Shown one piece after another: positions 25,226 through 33,698 of a stretch of 64,000 nucleotides of DNA; within the stretch, counting starts at the first letter, position 1; every line of letters begins with the position of its first letter. Made by a program: the position numbers and the translations under genes. A model generated the notes under the pieces. That model had not been told where the DNA came from and did not search any database. It saw only the letters and a program-made list of their open reading frames with translations. Source of the stretch: Candidatus Aenigmatarchaeota archaeon (lineage in GTDB: Archaea > EX4484-52); NCBI GenBank assembly GCA_023137195.1, contig JAGLPV010000001.1:106242-170241 (forward strand). Reading direction: 5' to 3'.

Positions 25226-26209
25226 TTATTGTATTTTCTTGAAATTACTGAATGAAACAATCTCTATCGCGTTCCATATTTCCTTCTCAGTCATCCGGTC
25301 TTTATTTCCCAGGATAATCTGGGCGATAAGGATTTGCTTTATGGTATCTATGATATTTACAGATACATTGAAATAATATTTGTCCTCGTTTTCTTTCATC
25401 TCAGATACAAAGGATTTTATTGTTTCAATGTGCTTTTTATTGTTGAACAGGTTTTTCAAATCAATCTGGTTTTTATTGTTTTTTGCAAATTCTAAAAATT
25501 TGAAATCCTCTTTATTTTCCTTGCTTTTTTCATTTTCTAAAAACATCTGGGCAATTTTTTCGAAATCCTCTTTTTTGTATTTTTCAAGCACAAAGACAAT
25601 GTCAAAATAATCATCCAATCCTGAGTTTGCATATTTTGTCAACTCTTTTGAAAGCCCTTGTTTTAACAGGCTCATAAAAACCATTGGTTTGTCTTCTCTT
25701 TCCTTGAGTTCTTCCTCGATTGATTTATTCCATTTATCTATTATACTGATGTTTAAGGATGAGATAATGTTGTGAAAATTGTTGTAAACATCCTTGTCCT
25801 GACATAAGAGAGCAATTGAATAATCCGGGTTAAAATATGCAAGAAGTAGTGCTTTTTTTATTTCGCTAAATCCATAGATGTTGTCAAAGATTTTCAGGAA
25901 AGTTTCCTGCCTGTCGTCGATTTTAGTTAATATCTGCTTTTGTGCATTGGTCTTTATGCTGTTGTTTATATTTTCAATAAATGCTTCTTCTTCGATGATT
26001 TCTTTTAATTCAAAATAAATGTACTTTGTGTTTTGGAAAATGCTGTATCTTGTTGTTTTTTCTTCTATTGTTATTTTGTTCTGCTTTGCCAGAAGTTTTA
26101 ATTTGCCTGTTTCTGCTTCGTTAATATATAATAAAGAGTTGTGGGCAAAAAGAAATTTTTGCTGGGCGTTGAGCGGTTTTAGATTATACAAAAATGATGG
26201 TATTTTCAT
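25226..26209 (-). CDS. Degenerate MCM-family-like protein lacking Walker A/B (hypothetical)
   Basis: 327 aa. NIYGFSEIKKALLLAYF resembles the MCM pre-Walker-A motif IYGhExIKkAlLLqLFGG. The P-loop position reads SIALLCQDKDVYNN. GLDDYFDIVFVLEKYKKEDFEKIAQMFL resembles MCM LLSRFDLIFvLlDkpdee.D..lA.hil. C-terminal RMTEKEIWNAIEIV resembles the MCM C-terminal helix. Confidence 0.4.
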   Translation of the reverse strand: MKIPSFLYNLKPLNAQQKFLFAHNSLLYINEAETGKLKLLAKQNKITIEEKTTRYSIFQNTKYIYFELKEIIEEEAFIENINNSIKTNAQKQILTKIDDRQETFLKIFDNIYGFSEIKKALLLAYFNPDYSIALLCQDKDVYNNFHNIISSLNISIIDKWNKSIEEELKEREDKPMVFMSLLKQGLSKELTKYANSGLDDYFDIVFVLEKYKKEDFEKIAQMFLENEKSKENKEDFKFLEFAKNNKNQIDLKNLFNNKKHIETIKSFVSEMKENEDKYYFNVSVNIIDTIKQILIAQIILGNKDRMTEKEIWNAIEIVSFSNFKKIQ

Positions 26210-26271
26210 ATATTATATTTTAGATTAAATTATAAATAGTTAACAGAGATTTTTTCAAATTGATGCAAAAA

Positions 26272-28308
26272 TTATTCGCCAAAATTAAAATTTTCTTTAA
26301 TGACTCCTTTAGCAAATAAATTTCCATTTTCATCTAATTTCATTATTCTTTCTCCTTTTTGATTTAAGAAATAAAGTGCATTTTCTTCTACTGCCTCGGT
26401 AATCACAAAATTATTCGCGAATACCAAATCACTGTAATAGACATTACCTTTTACCTCTAAATCTCCATCTATTATGGCATTTCCCTTAATATGCACTTTT
26501 TTGCTTGGATTTGTTGTACCAATACCAAGATTCCCCGATTGAGGTTGAATATAAAACAAGGTATTTGTATTTGATGATGTACTTTCCTCTGCACCCCAAA
26601 CTATAGTGGGTTCAGGCGAAGCGTATTTGCGGAAAGGATTTAGAGCATCTCCCCCAAAATAGTCTGCGGATTGACCGTAAGAATTAGCTCCCTGGCAAAG
26701 AGCATCTCCATTAGATTTTAAAATACAACTATGCCAGTATCCCGTAGCAACGCCAATAGCATCTCCTCTATTATAATTGTTTGATTGACCGTTACCATTA
26801 TGACCATAGCAAAATACATCTCCATTAGACCGAAGGATACAAGTATGTGTGGATCCTGCAGCAACGCCAATAGCATCACCATTAGTGTAATTGTTTGCTC
26901 TGCCAAACATATTATCCCCATAACACTCTACATTGCCGTTGGATTTTAAGATACATGTGTGATAATATCCCGCAGCGACACCTATTGCATCACCCTTAGT
27001 GTAATTGTTTGCCTTCCCACCGTCATTAGATCCCCAACAAATTACATTTCCATTGGATTTAAGAATACAATTATGATTACCATCGGCAGCAATACCAATC
27101 GCATCGCCATTGTTATAATCGTTTGATTGACCCCAAGTATTACCTCCGTTACAATCCACATTACCATTGGATTTAAGGATACATTTATGGTTAAATCCTG
27201 CCGCACCACCTATTGCATCTCCTCCATTGTAATCATTAGCCTCTCCTAAAGGAGAATTTTCTCCATAACAATCTACATTTCCATTAGATTTAATAACACA
27301 GGTATACACCTCTCCTGCAAAAACACCTATTGCATCTCCCCCATTGTAATCATTTGCTTGACCTGTAGGATTCCCTACAGCATCATGATTTTTCCCATAA
27401 CAATCTACATTTCCATTGGATTTTAAGATACAGGTATGACCATATCCTCCCGCCATACTTATTATTTCTCCTTCTTTTTCCTGTGCTTCAGAAATTTCGT
27501 AATCAAATACTCCTCCATAAATACCTAAATTAATGATATTGTCCCACTGCTTGCTGTTATCTAATAATGCTGGATTTCCATAATGCATATATATTGTTTT
27601 TATTCCTGCTGGAATTGAAGGAACTTTTACCCATAGTTTTGTATTCGCTGAATCACAACCACCTTCTAAAAAATAAGCTAAAGCATTTCCTTCTTCATCC
27701 CTAAATCTTATATCTCCACAATCCGCTCTCATTTTTCCGGCTGAGATTAAAATAGCAGTATCTTTTGTAAGATAGACCGAATAATCTTTCAAATCAGAAC
27801 CTGTATTGGTAATTGTTATTGGATTTCGGTAATTGCCATCCAGAGGAGCAGATAGTTCAAAAGGAACTGTATTTATATCTGAAGTTTTAACGTGAAGTTT
27901 TGCTGTGGGTGAATTTGTCCCAATGCCAACATTGTCTGTATTTGAATTATATATATCATTTCCGCTTGTAGCCCAGTTACTACTTCCACTGCCATCTGCA
28001 CAAATCCATTTGTCATTTGTATTGTTGTATTTTAAAATTTGGTTATTTAAACAGTAAGAACCAGATGGTTTTATGCCTTTTAATTCACCACCAAGATAAG
28101 CATCTCCGCTGACATTTAAGCTTTTATAGACATAAATCATGGTTTTAGTGACATTAAAATAATCCCATAAATCATCCCATACTCCTGCCGTCAGGCTTAT
28201 CTCATCCCATCCGAAGAATTGCAGGGGTGCCATCCTTCCTGCGTGAGCATTGATAGAAAGAAGAAGAATGCATAATGTTAATATCAAAATGATATTTTTC
28301 GTTTTCAT
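26272..28308 (-). CDS. Secreted DUF2341-domain protein with a seven-repeat RCC1-like beta-propeller
   Basis: 678 aa. Signal peptide MKTKNIILILTLCILLLSINAHA. DUF2341 pattern YRNPITITNTGSDLKDYSVYL...CGDIRFRDEEGNALAYFLE...KLWVKVPSIPAGIKTIYMHYGNPA. Seven repeats of H(T/K/N/S)C(I/V)(L/I)(K/R)SNG(N/D)VxCxGxNxxGQ(A/S)N(D/N)Y..GDAIG. Confidence 0.75.
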   Translation of the reverse strand: MKTKNIILILTLCILLLSINAHAGRMAPLQFFGWDEISLTAGVWDDLWDYFNVTKTMIYVYKSLNVSGDAYLGGELKGIKPSGSYCLNNQILKYNNTNDKWICADGSGSSNWATSGNDIYNSNTDNVGIGTNSPTAKLHVKTSDINTVPFELSAPLDGNYRNPITITNTGSDLKDYSVYLTKDTAILISAGKMRADCGDIRFRDEEGNALAYFLEGGCDSANTKLWVKVPSIPAGIKTIYMHYGNPALLDNSKQWDNIINLGIYGGVFDYEISEAQEKEGEIISMAGGYGHTCILKSNGNVDCYGKNHDAVGNPTGQANDYNGGDAIGVFAGEVYTCVIKSNGNVDCYGENSPLGEANDYNGGDAIGGAAGFNHKCILKSNGNVDCNGGNTWGQSNDYNNGDAIGIAADGNHNCILKSNGNVICWGSNDGGKANNYTKGDAIGVAAGYYHTCILKSNGNVECYGDNMFGRANNYTNGDAIGVAAGSTHTCILRSNGDVFCYGHNGNGQSNNYNRGDAIGVATGYWHSCILKSNGDALCQGANSYGQSADYFGGDALNPFRKYASPEPTIVWGAEESTSSNTNTLFYIQPQSGNLGIGTTNPSKKVHIKGNAIIDGDLEVKGNVYYSDLVFANNFVITEAVEENALYFLNQKGERIMKLDENGNLFAKGVIKENFNFGE
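26630..27465 (-). repeat. Intragenic tandem ~111-117-bp repeats encoding the RCC1-like blades
   Basis: Seven successive CILKSNGNV-type units are visible in the translation. The corresponding DNA repeats TTTTAA(G/A)ATACA..ATG.. on the plus strand from ~26700 to ~27450. Confidence 0.7.
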
Positions 28309-28436
28309 AGGATAATAGTTTTATGAAATATTTAAATGTTTGTGTAGTTTGACTATAGGAAATTTCAATCAAAAAACCAGAATACTCTTCTCCTGTTAAA
28401 AATCATCTTCATATAAATCAATCTATAAAAAATAAT

Positions 28437-28538
28437 ATGCTTGATTACGGAATAATGGGAAACTGCATAACCTGTGCATTGGTCAGGAAAAATGCATCTG
28501 TTGAGTGGATGTGTTTCCCAGAGAAAAGAGGGTTTTGA
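28437..28538 (+). pseudogene. Remnant of the N-terminus of a GH15 (glucoamylase/trehalase-type) glycoside hydrolase gene
   Basis: Hand translation gives MLDYGIMGNCITCALVRKNASVEWMCFPEKRGF then stop. It matches the conserved GH15 N-terminal signature DYGlIGNc.T.ALV...GSIdWlC.PrFDS, then terminates after 33 codons. No continuation in any frame. Confidence 0.5.
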
Positions 28539-28549
28539 AAGAAAGTTTG

Positions 28550-28990
28550 TTATTTGTTTTTATACATCCATTTCAAACAGAGGATGCCTGTTTTTTTAAA
28601 AATAAAAGGAATTAAATAATAGGCGCTTAATGGGGTCATAGACATGTCTATAAAAGTCAGGATAGCGTCATTGAACAAAGTAAGAAACTCTTCGCCTGAG
28701 GCAACCTGTATTCTTAAAAATAGCGTCATTATTTGAATGCTTAGCATAGACAGGGCAATAAGGAAGATATAGAAGTATTTTGCTGCGATATTTTTTGTTA
28801 ATTCTACAGGCATTATCCTTTTGTTTTCATAAGAATAAGAACAACTCAAAAAAACAGATCCTGTAGCATATCCGAAGATTGCGGAGATTGTATAGGTTAT
28901 TTCGATATTGTCAAAGAAGAAAACAAAAAAACAACTGCTCACAAGTAAAAATATTGCGTAATACCATGGTTCTTGAGCATCTAAACCCAT
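28550..28990 (-). CDS. Hypothetical multi-pass membrane protein
   Basis: 146-aa ORF with about four hydrophobic segments. No recognisable motif. Confidence 0.5.
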   Translation of the reverse strand: MGLDAQEPWYYAIFLLVSSCFFVFFFDNIEITYTISAIFGYATGSVFLSCSYSYENKRIMPVELTKNIAAKYFYIFLIALSMLSIQIMTLFLRIQVASGEEFLTLFNDAILTFIDMSMTPLSAYYLIPFIFKKTGILCLKWMYKNK

Positions 28991-29003
28991 ATTCCTTTTA
29001 TTA

Positions 29004-29543
29004 TCATTCTATTTCGGCGGCTATCATATTTGTAGAAGTAAGAGCTGAATCTTCTCTCCATCCTGTGGTGGGTTTCTCAATCAAGGCATACACTCCATCA
29101 CAAACAGTCTCTATTTTTATTTTTTTGAATTCATCAGGGTATGTTAGTCCTGAAACATTTATAATTATTTTTAGTCCGTTTCCTTTTGCAATACCGGTTT
29201 TATTTACATTAGAATCGGTTATTTTCCACATAATCGGTTCTGTAGTATTGTCCCATACACGATAATATTTGATAGAAATGTCCTCCTGCCCTGTGTTTTT
29301 TAACCTTGCTGAAAAAATAGTCGGATTGGTGAGGCTATCTACTTTTGTAAAATCATTGTCTATCTCCATATTGGATCTGAAACAATTTATCTTGTCCTGC
29401 GAATCATCTACGCTTTCTTTTTGATTTGCTGTTATGCTCTGGACCCAAGTAGTAAGAAGGGCCGCAATGGACATAGTAAACACGATTAAAATCACTGATG
29501 CGATTAGAGGAGATATCGCTTTCTTATGTATATGCAATTTCAT
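29004..29543 (-). CDS. Archaeal type IV pilin-like protein (class III signal peptide, Pilin_N/DUF1628-type)
   Basis: The N-terminus MKLHIHKKAISPLIASVILIVFTMSIAALL fits the archaeal prepilin signal (K/R)(G/A)-(I/L/F)SP(V/L)IA(T/S)V(L/I)LI. Confidence 0.7.
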   Translation of the reverse strand: MKLHIHKKAISPLIASVILIVFTMSIAALLTTWVQSITANQKESVDDSQDKINCFRSNMEIDNDFTKVDSLTNPTIFSARLKNTGQEDISIKYYRVWDNTTEPIMWKITDSNVNKTGIAKGNGLKIIINVSGLTYPDEFKKIKIETVCDGVYALIEKPTTGWREDSALTSTNMIAAEIE

Positions 29544-29606
29544 ATAGTTTAGTGAACCTAAAAATATATAAATATATGTATGGAATTTGTTGTTTTTTCA
29601 ATAAAG

Positions 29607-31574
29607 TTAGTTGTTTTGGAATATTTTTTTTAAGTCAGACAGAGTATTTATGTCATTTATCGATCTGTCCGGTCTGAGGCATATGAATCGTGGGAAACGG
29701 AGGGCAAAACCAGAGTTATAGTTTGTACTTTTCTGTATTTCTTCAAATGCGACCTCGACGACGATTTTTGGACTGACAAGGACGCTCCTGTTTGTTTGAG
29801 TCATTATGTCATCTTTAATCAAATCAGATATCTCCTTGAATGTGGTGCCCTGCTCTTCTTTTTCCTTTAATCCTGTCCCTAATTTTCCAACAACGAGGAA
29901 ATCTCCGGTCTGTTCGTTTCGGCATGCGAGCAAAAAGGAGCTTAAGTATCCTTTTCTTTTTCCTTCGCCGTATTCTGCACCCACAATCGCTAAATCAAGG
30001 GTGTCCAGTATGGGCTTTAGCTTCAGCATAGTCCCGACACGCGAGCCGGGAACATAGAGGGCGTTTTGGTTTTTTATCATGACCCCTTCCTGTTTGTCCT
30101 CCAGCGCCTTGTTGTAGAAGGATTTTGCCTCATCAACAGAGGAAGTTGTGATTTGGTTTGCAAGAACAATACATTTGTCGGGCGTTATTATTTTTTCAAT
30201 TATTTTTCTTCTTTGGCAAAATGGCGTGTTCAGGCATGATTTACCTTCAAAATAGGTTATATCAAATATATGCATGACAACGGGAATCTCTTTTACTAAT
30301 TTATCAATATCATATTTTCTTTTGATTCTCCTGGAGATGTATTGAAAAGGGATGTATTTTCCTGTATGCCTGTCAATACCAACTGTTTCGCCTTCAATGA
30401 CACAATTGTCACATTTTACATTTGTCATAATTGTTTCTGCCAGTTCAGGGAACTGTTTTGTTACATTTTCAAGCATTCTTGTGTATATCTGGATTTTATC
30501 GTCTTGTTTGTGTATCTGCATCCTGATGCCGTCGTATTTATATTCTATTGCCGCGGGAGTTCCAACTCCTTCGAGGGCATCTTCGAATGATTTTGCTTTT
30601 TGAGCAAGCATGACTTTTATCGGACAGAACAAGCGCATTTTGAGTTTGTCCAGACCAGGTTCCCCTTCTTTTTGCGATGTTTTTGCAATTAAGGCAAGAT
30701 TGTTTGTGACCTGGTAGGCATGATTTATTTTGTCTGAGACAGTTGATTTTAATTTATTGCCGAAATCCACGTCATCTACAAGGCATAGGTCTATATTGTT
30801 TGATTTAGAAAAAAAACCGCTTTTTTTGAGTGTTTTTTCAATAGTCTCTTTTGTTGTTGTTTTGATGTCGTTTGCATCTAAGAACAAATCAAACTGCTCT
30901 TTGTTCTTTTTTCCAAGGAACTCTGCTATCGACGGTTCAATTAAGATTTTTTTGTCTTTTTCATTCAGGATATCTTCGAAAACCTTTTTTTCATTTCTTT
31001 TTTGTGTCAGCAGGCTTTTCCAGTAAATGCGGCTGTAAAATGCAGACTGGATTGCTTCTTTTATGAGCCCCTCTGAGATTCCTATCCTTAACTGTCCGAT
31101 GACAGTTCGCATAAGGAATTTTGCCTCGGTTTTGTCAGCAGAGGATAAGAGTTCAGTGAGGAAATCTATTTTTTTGCCCTGGGCTTTTGTTCCATCAATA
31201 TCTGCAAATTTTTGCAGGGTAAAAAAAACTTTCCGGATTGTTATGGCAGATGTAAAAAGGGTTGTCTGCGTTCGCATATTGCATAAATTCATGGCAGTAG
31301 TGCCTAAATCTCCGCTTTTTGTCCAGTCATCAATAACTGTTTTTTTGCTTATGTTAAATGCCTTCGATATTGTCTGTGCAATAATATGCGATGAAATTCC
31401 CAGTTCTTTTTGCGTATCGACCGGGAAGACATTTGCAAGGCAAAGCATTACAATTGTTTCAATTTCTTCTTCATGCGATTTTGCGAGTAATTCAGACAAT
31501 ATCTTAATCTTGTAATTCTGCATGGAATTTTTCTCTATTTTTTCCAATGCGTTGCATAGTTCTGAATAAAGCAT
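29607..31574 (-). CDS. lig: ATP-dependent DNA ligase
   Basis: 655 aa. Adenylation motif I AAIEYKYDGIRMQIH (KxDG), EGETV, and LKLKP/KPILDTLDLAIVGAEYGEGKRKG (OB-fold region motifs). Confidence 0.9.
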   Translation of the reverse strand: MLYSELCNALEKIEKNSMQNYKIKILSELLAKSHEEEIETIVMLCLANVFPVDTQKELGISSHIIAQTISKAFNISKKTVIDDWTKSGDLGTTAMNLCNMRTQTTLFTSAITIRKVFFTLQKFADIDGTKAQGKKIDFLTELLSSADKTEAKFLMRTVIGQLRIGISEGLIKEAIQSAFYSRIYWKSLLTQKRNEKKVFEDILNEKDKKILIEPSIAEFLGKKNKEQFDLFLDANDIKTTTKETIEKTLKKSGFFSKSNNIDLCLVDDVDFGNKLKSTVSDKINHAYQVTNNLALIAKTSQKEGEPGLDKLKMRLFCPIKVMLAQKAKSFEDALEGVGTPAAIEYKYDGIRMQIHKQDDKIQIYTRMLENVTKQFPELAETIMTNVKCDNCVIEGETVGIDRHTGKYIPFQYISRRIKRKYDIDKLVKEIPVVMHIFDITYFEGKSCLNTPFCQRRKIIEKIITPDKCIVLANQITTSSVDEAKSFYNKALEDKQEGVMIKNQNALYVPGSRVGTMLKLKPILDTLDLAIVGAEYGEGKRKGYLSSFLLACRNEQTGDFLVVGKLGTGLKEKEEQGTTFKEISDLIKDDIMTQTNRSVLVSPKIVVEVAFEEIQKSTNYNSGFALRFPRFICLRPDRSINDINTLSDLKKIFQNN

Positions 31575-31639
31575 ATTTTATTTTATGCAACAAATATTTA
31601 TTAATGATTGCATGGTTTGATTCAAAAAAAGTTACCCGG

Positions 31640-31906
31640 TTATTTTGACAAATTATTATTGTAGTATTTCTTGAGTCTAACACAGGATGTGTGCCATCGG
31701 AATGCGAAGTATAATGCTTCCAGAAAAAAAACAGGGACTAATATCGCCAGCATATTCTGCATCCATCCCATAGATGGTGCCTGCATAGATACTGCCTGGG
31801 CTATTGAAAAAGTCAGCAAAAATCCAAGAACGGCAAACAAAACAGTTTTGTCATAGTCGTAAGATACTTTAAGTAAGTTCTCTTCGTTACTATTCTCCGT
31901 TACCAT
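31640..31906 (-). CDS. Small hypothetical membrane protein (2 TM)
   Basis: 88-aa ORF with two hydrophobic helices (VLFAVLGFLLTFSIAQAV, LAILVPVFFLEALYFAF). Confidence 0.45.
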   Translation of the reverse strand: MVTENSNEENLLKVSYDYDKTVLFAVLGFLLTFSIAQAVSMQAPSMGWMQNMLAILVPVFFLEALYFAFRWHTSCVRLKKYYNNNLSK

Positions 31907-31928
31907 TTGTATAATTAACAGATGAACT

Positions 31929-32585
31929 TTATAAAAATTTCGTTGGTGTTGTTTTATTCTTCATTCCTTCAATCCATATGTTTTTTGCCTTGCCGATGCC
32001 GTCTTCAAAAACGCGCTCTGTTTTCAGTCCGCACGATTCAACCAATTCTTCAAATTCCTTTGGTTCGAAAAGGTAATAATACCTGAAATGCTTTTTGTCC
32101 CATTTGCAGAAATAATTTTTTGGCGTGTCTTTTTCAAAAGCGTTTTTTGACCATGTTGATATTATGAATTTTCCTCCTTTTTTCAAAACTCTTTTCATTT
32201 CGTATAGCACTTGTTTTCTTTGTTTTTTCAGTTTAAAGTGGTGTATTCCTGCGATGCAGACGATGCAGTCAAAGCAATTGTCAATGAATGGTAGGTTTAG
32301 GGAATCGCATAAGACGGGAAAAGGGGCTTTTTCTTTATTTGTTTTCTTTTTGTTTATTAATTTTAGCATATTGACCGAGAAATCAGTGCTTATTATAGTG
32401 GTTTTGTAAAAGGAATGCCTGCCGCTTCCTGCAAACATGTCGAGCATAAGGACATTATTATTTCCAACGAAATTGTTTTTTTTTAAGAAATTATCTACCT
32501 GACTCCAGGTCTTCGGTCTTTTCGCATCAAAGTCATTTGCGATTAGGTCATAAGTTTTTTGCAGGTTTTTTTGAATTTTCTCCAT
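31929..32585 (-). CDS. Class I SAM-dependent methyltransferase (Methyltransf_11; Trm9-like pattern)
   Basis: 218 aa. YDLIANDFDAKRPKTW, motif I VLMLDMFAGSGRHS, LPFIDNCFDCIVCIAGIHHF, and VLKKGGKFIISTWS. Confidence 0.6.
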   Translation of the reverse strand: MEKIQKNLQKTYDLIANDFDAKRPKTWSQVDNFLKKNNFVGNNNVLMLDMFAGSGRHSFYKTTIISTDFSVNMLKLINKKKTNKEKAPFPVLCDSLNLPFIDNCFDCIVCIAGIHHFKLKKQRKQVLYEMKRVLKKGGKFIISTWSKNAFEKDTPKNYFCKWDKKHFRYYYLFEPKEFEELVESCGLKTERVFEDGIGKAKNIWIEGMKNKTTPTKFL

Positions 32586-32634
32586 ATGTCTTCTTTAGAA
32601 GAAAACTATAAAATAATTCAATTTAAATAACACT

Positions 32635-32955
32635 ATGGAATGGATATTGTTGGTCATTGCTTTTTTGCTGGCATTTGCACTTTACCTGTTGTTTTTTATA
32701 GACAGGAATATTGGGGATATGGGTGTTTCAATAAGCATTCTTGTTGCAGGGTTATGTATTATGGCAGGATATTGGCTTTTGAAAAGGGTTCAGTCTACAC
32801 ACAGCATATTCTGGGGGATATTATGCGTTTTGGCAGGATACTGGCTGGTATTTAAGTTTCCCTCATATGAAAAAATACAGATGACCGGTTATACATTAAC
32901 AGCGATGATTACAGGGCTTGTTTTGTTGATTTATGGGATTTTGTTGATTATTTGA
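32635..32955 (+). CDS. Small hypothetical membrane protein (3-4 TM)
   Basis: 106-aa ORF, almost entirely hydrophobic helices. The overlapping alternative frame at 32640-32855 looks non-coding (Cys/Arg-rich). Confidence 0.5.
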   Translation: MEWILLVIAFLLAFALYLLFFIDRNIGDMGVSISILVAGLCIMAGYWLLKRVQSTHSIFWGILCVLAGYWLVFKFPSYEKIQMTGYTLTAMITGLVLLIYGILLII

Positions 32956-33502
32956 GATATTCTATGAATTTTTCAAATGCTTTGGCTCTTGCAGAAATTA
33001 TGTGTTTTTTGCTGTTGTCTTCCCCCAGCGTTTTGGCATAGCCATAGGGTATTATTATTGGATCATATCCGAAACCAAGGGTTCCATGGATATTTTCAGA
33101 CAGGGTGCAGTTCATTTTTCCTTCAAAGATATGGCTTTTTGCGTTTTTATCCATATAGCAAATTGCTGTCTGCATATATGCTTTTCTGTTTGTTTTTTCT
33201 TCCATTAGTTTTAATATGCCTTTTAGGCCTATTTTTTCAAAAACAAATTTTGCGTTTGCGGAGGGGAAGCCGTTCAACGCTTCTATAAAAATACCACTGT
33301 CCTCGCAAAACAAGGGTATTTTGAATTTGGCGTAACTTTGCTTTGCTTTGTGCAATACGATTTTTTTTACGTTAGAGGACTGTATTTCTTCAATATCGTC
33401 TTTTATTTGCTCTATTTGGATATCTATGTTTTTGGCATCAAGTACTTTTTGTATTTCTTTGACTTTATTGTTGTTGCCTGTAACAAAAGATATTTTGCTC
33501 AT
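32948..33502 (-). CDS. Non-canonical purine NTP pyrophosphatase (Ham1/RdgB family, dITP/XTPase)
   Basis: 184 aa. ISFVTGNNNKVKEI at the N-terminus, EDSGIFIEALNGFPS, and GTLGFGYDPIIIP. Confidence 0.85.
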   Translation of the reverse strand: MSKISFVTGNNNKVKEIQKVLDAKNIDIQIEQIKDDIEEIQSSNVKKIVLHKAKQSYAKFKIPLFCEDSGIFIEALNGFPSANAKFVFEKIGLKGILKLMEEKTNRKAYMQTAICYMDKNAKSHIFEGKMNCTLSENIHGTLGFGYDPIIIPYGYAKTLGEDNSKKHIISARAKAFEKFIEYLK

Positions 33503-33698
33503 AGGGTGTTCACTTCATCATTTTTCAGTTCAAATGTTTTAATCATCGCAAAAGAATAATAAGAGCAAGAAATATAAATATTGCTATTGGATGACATAAT
33601 ATTTTTTGCCGGTATCTTATACCATACCTGAAAAAAGTCATGTGTTGTGGTAGAATACAAATCCTTATATTTATATATTTTATCTTGTCATTAATAAT

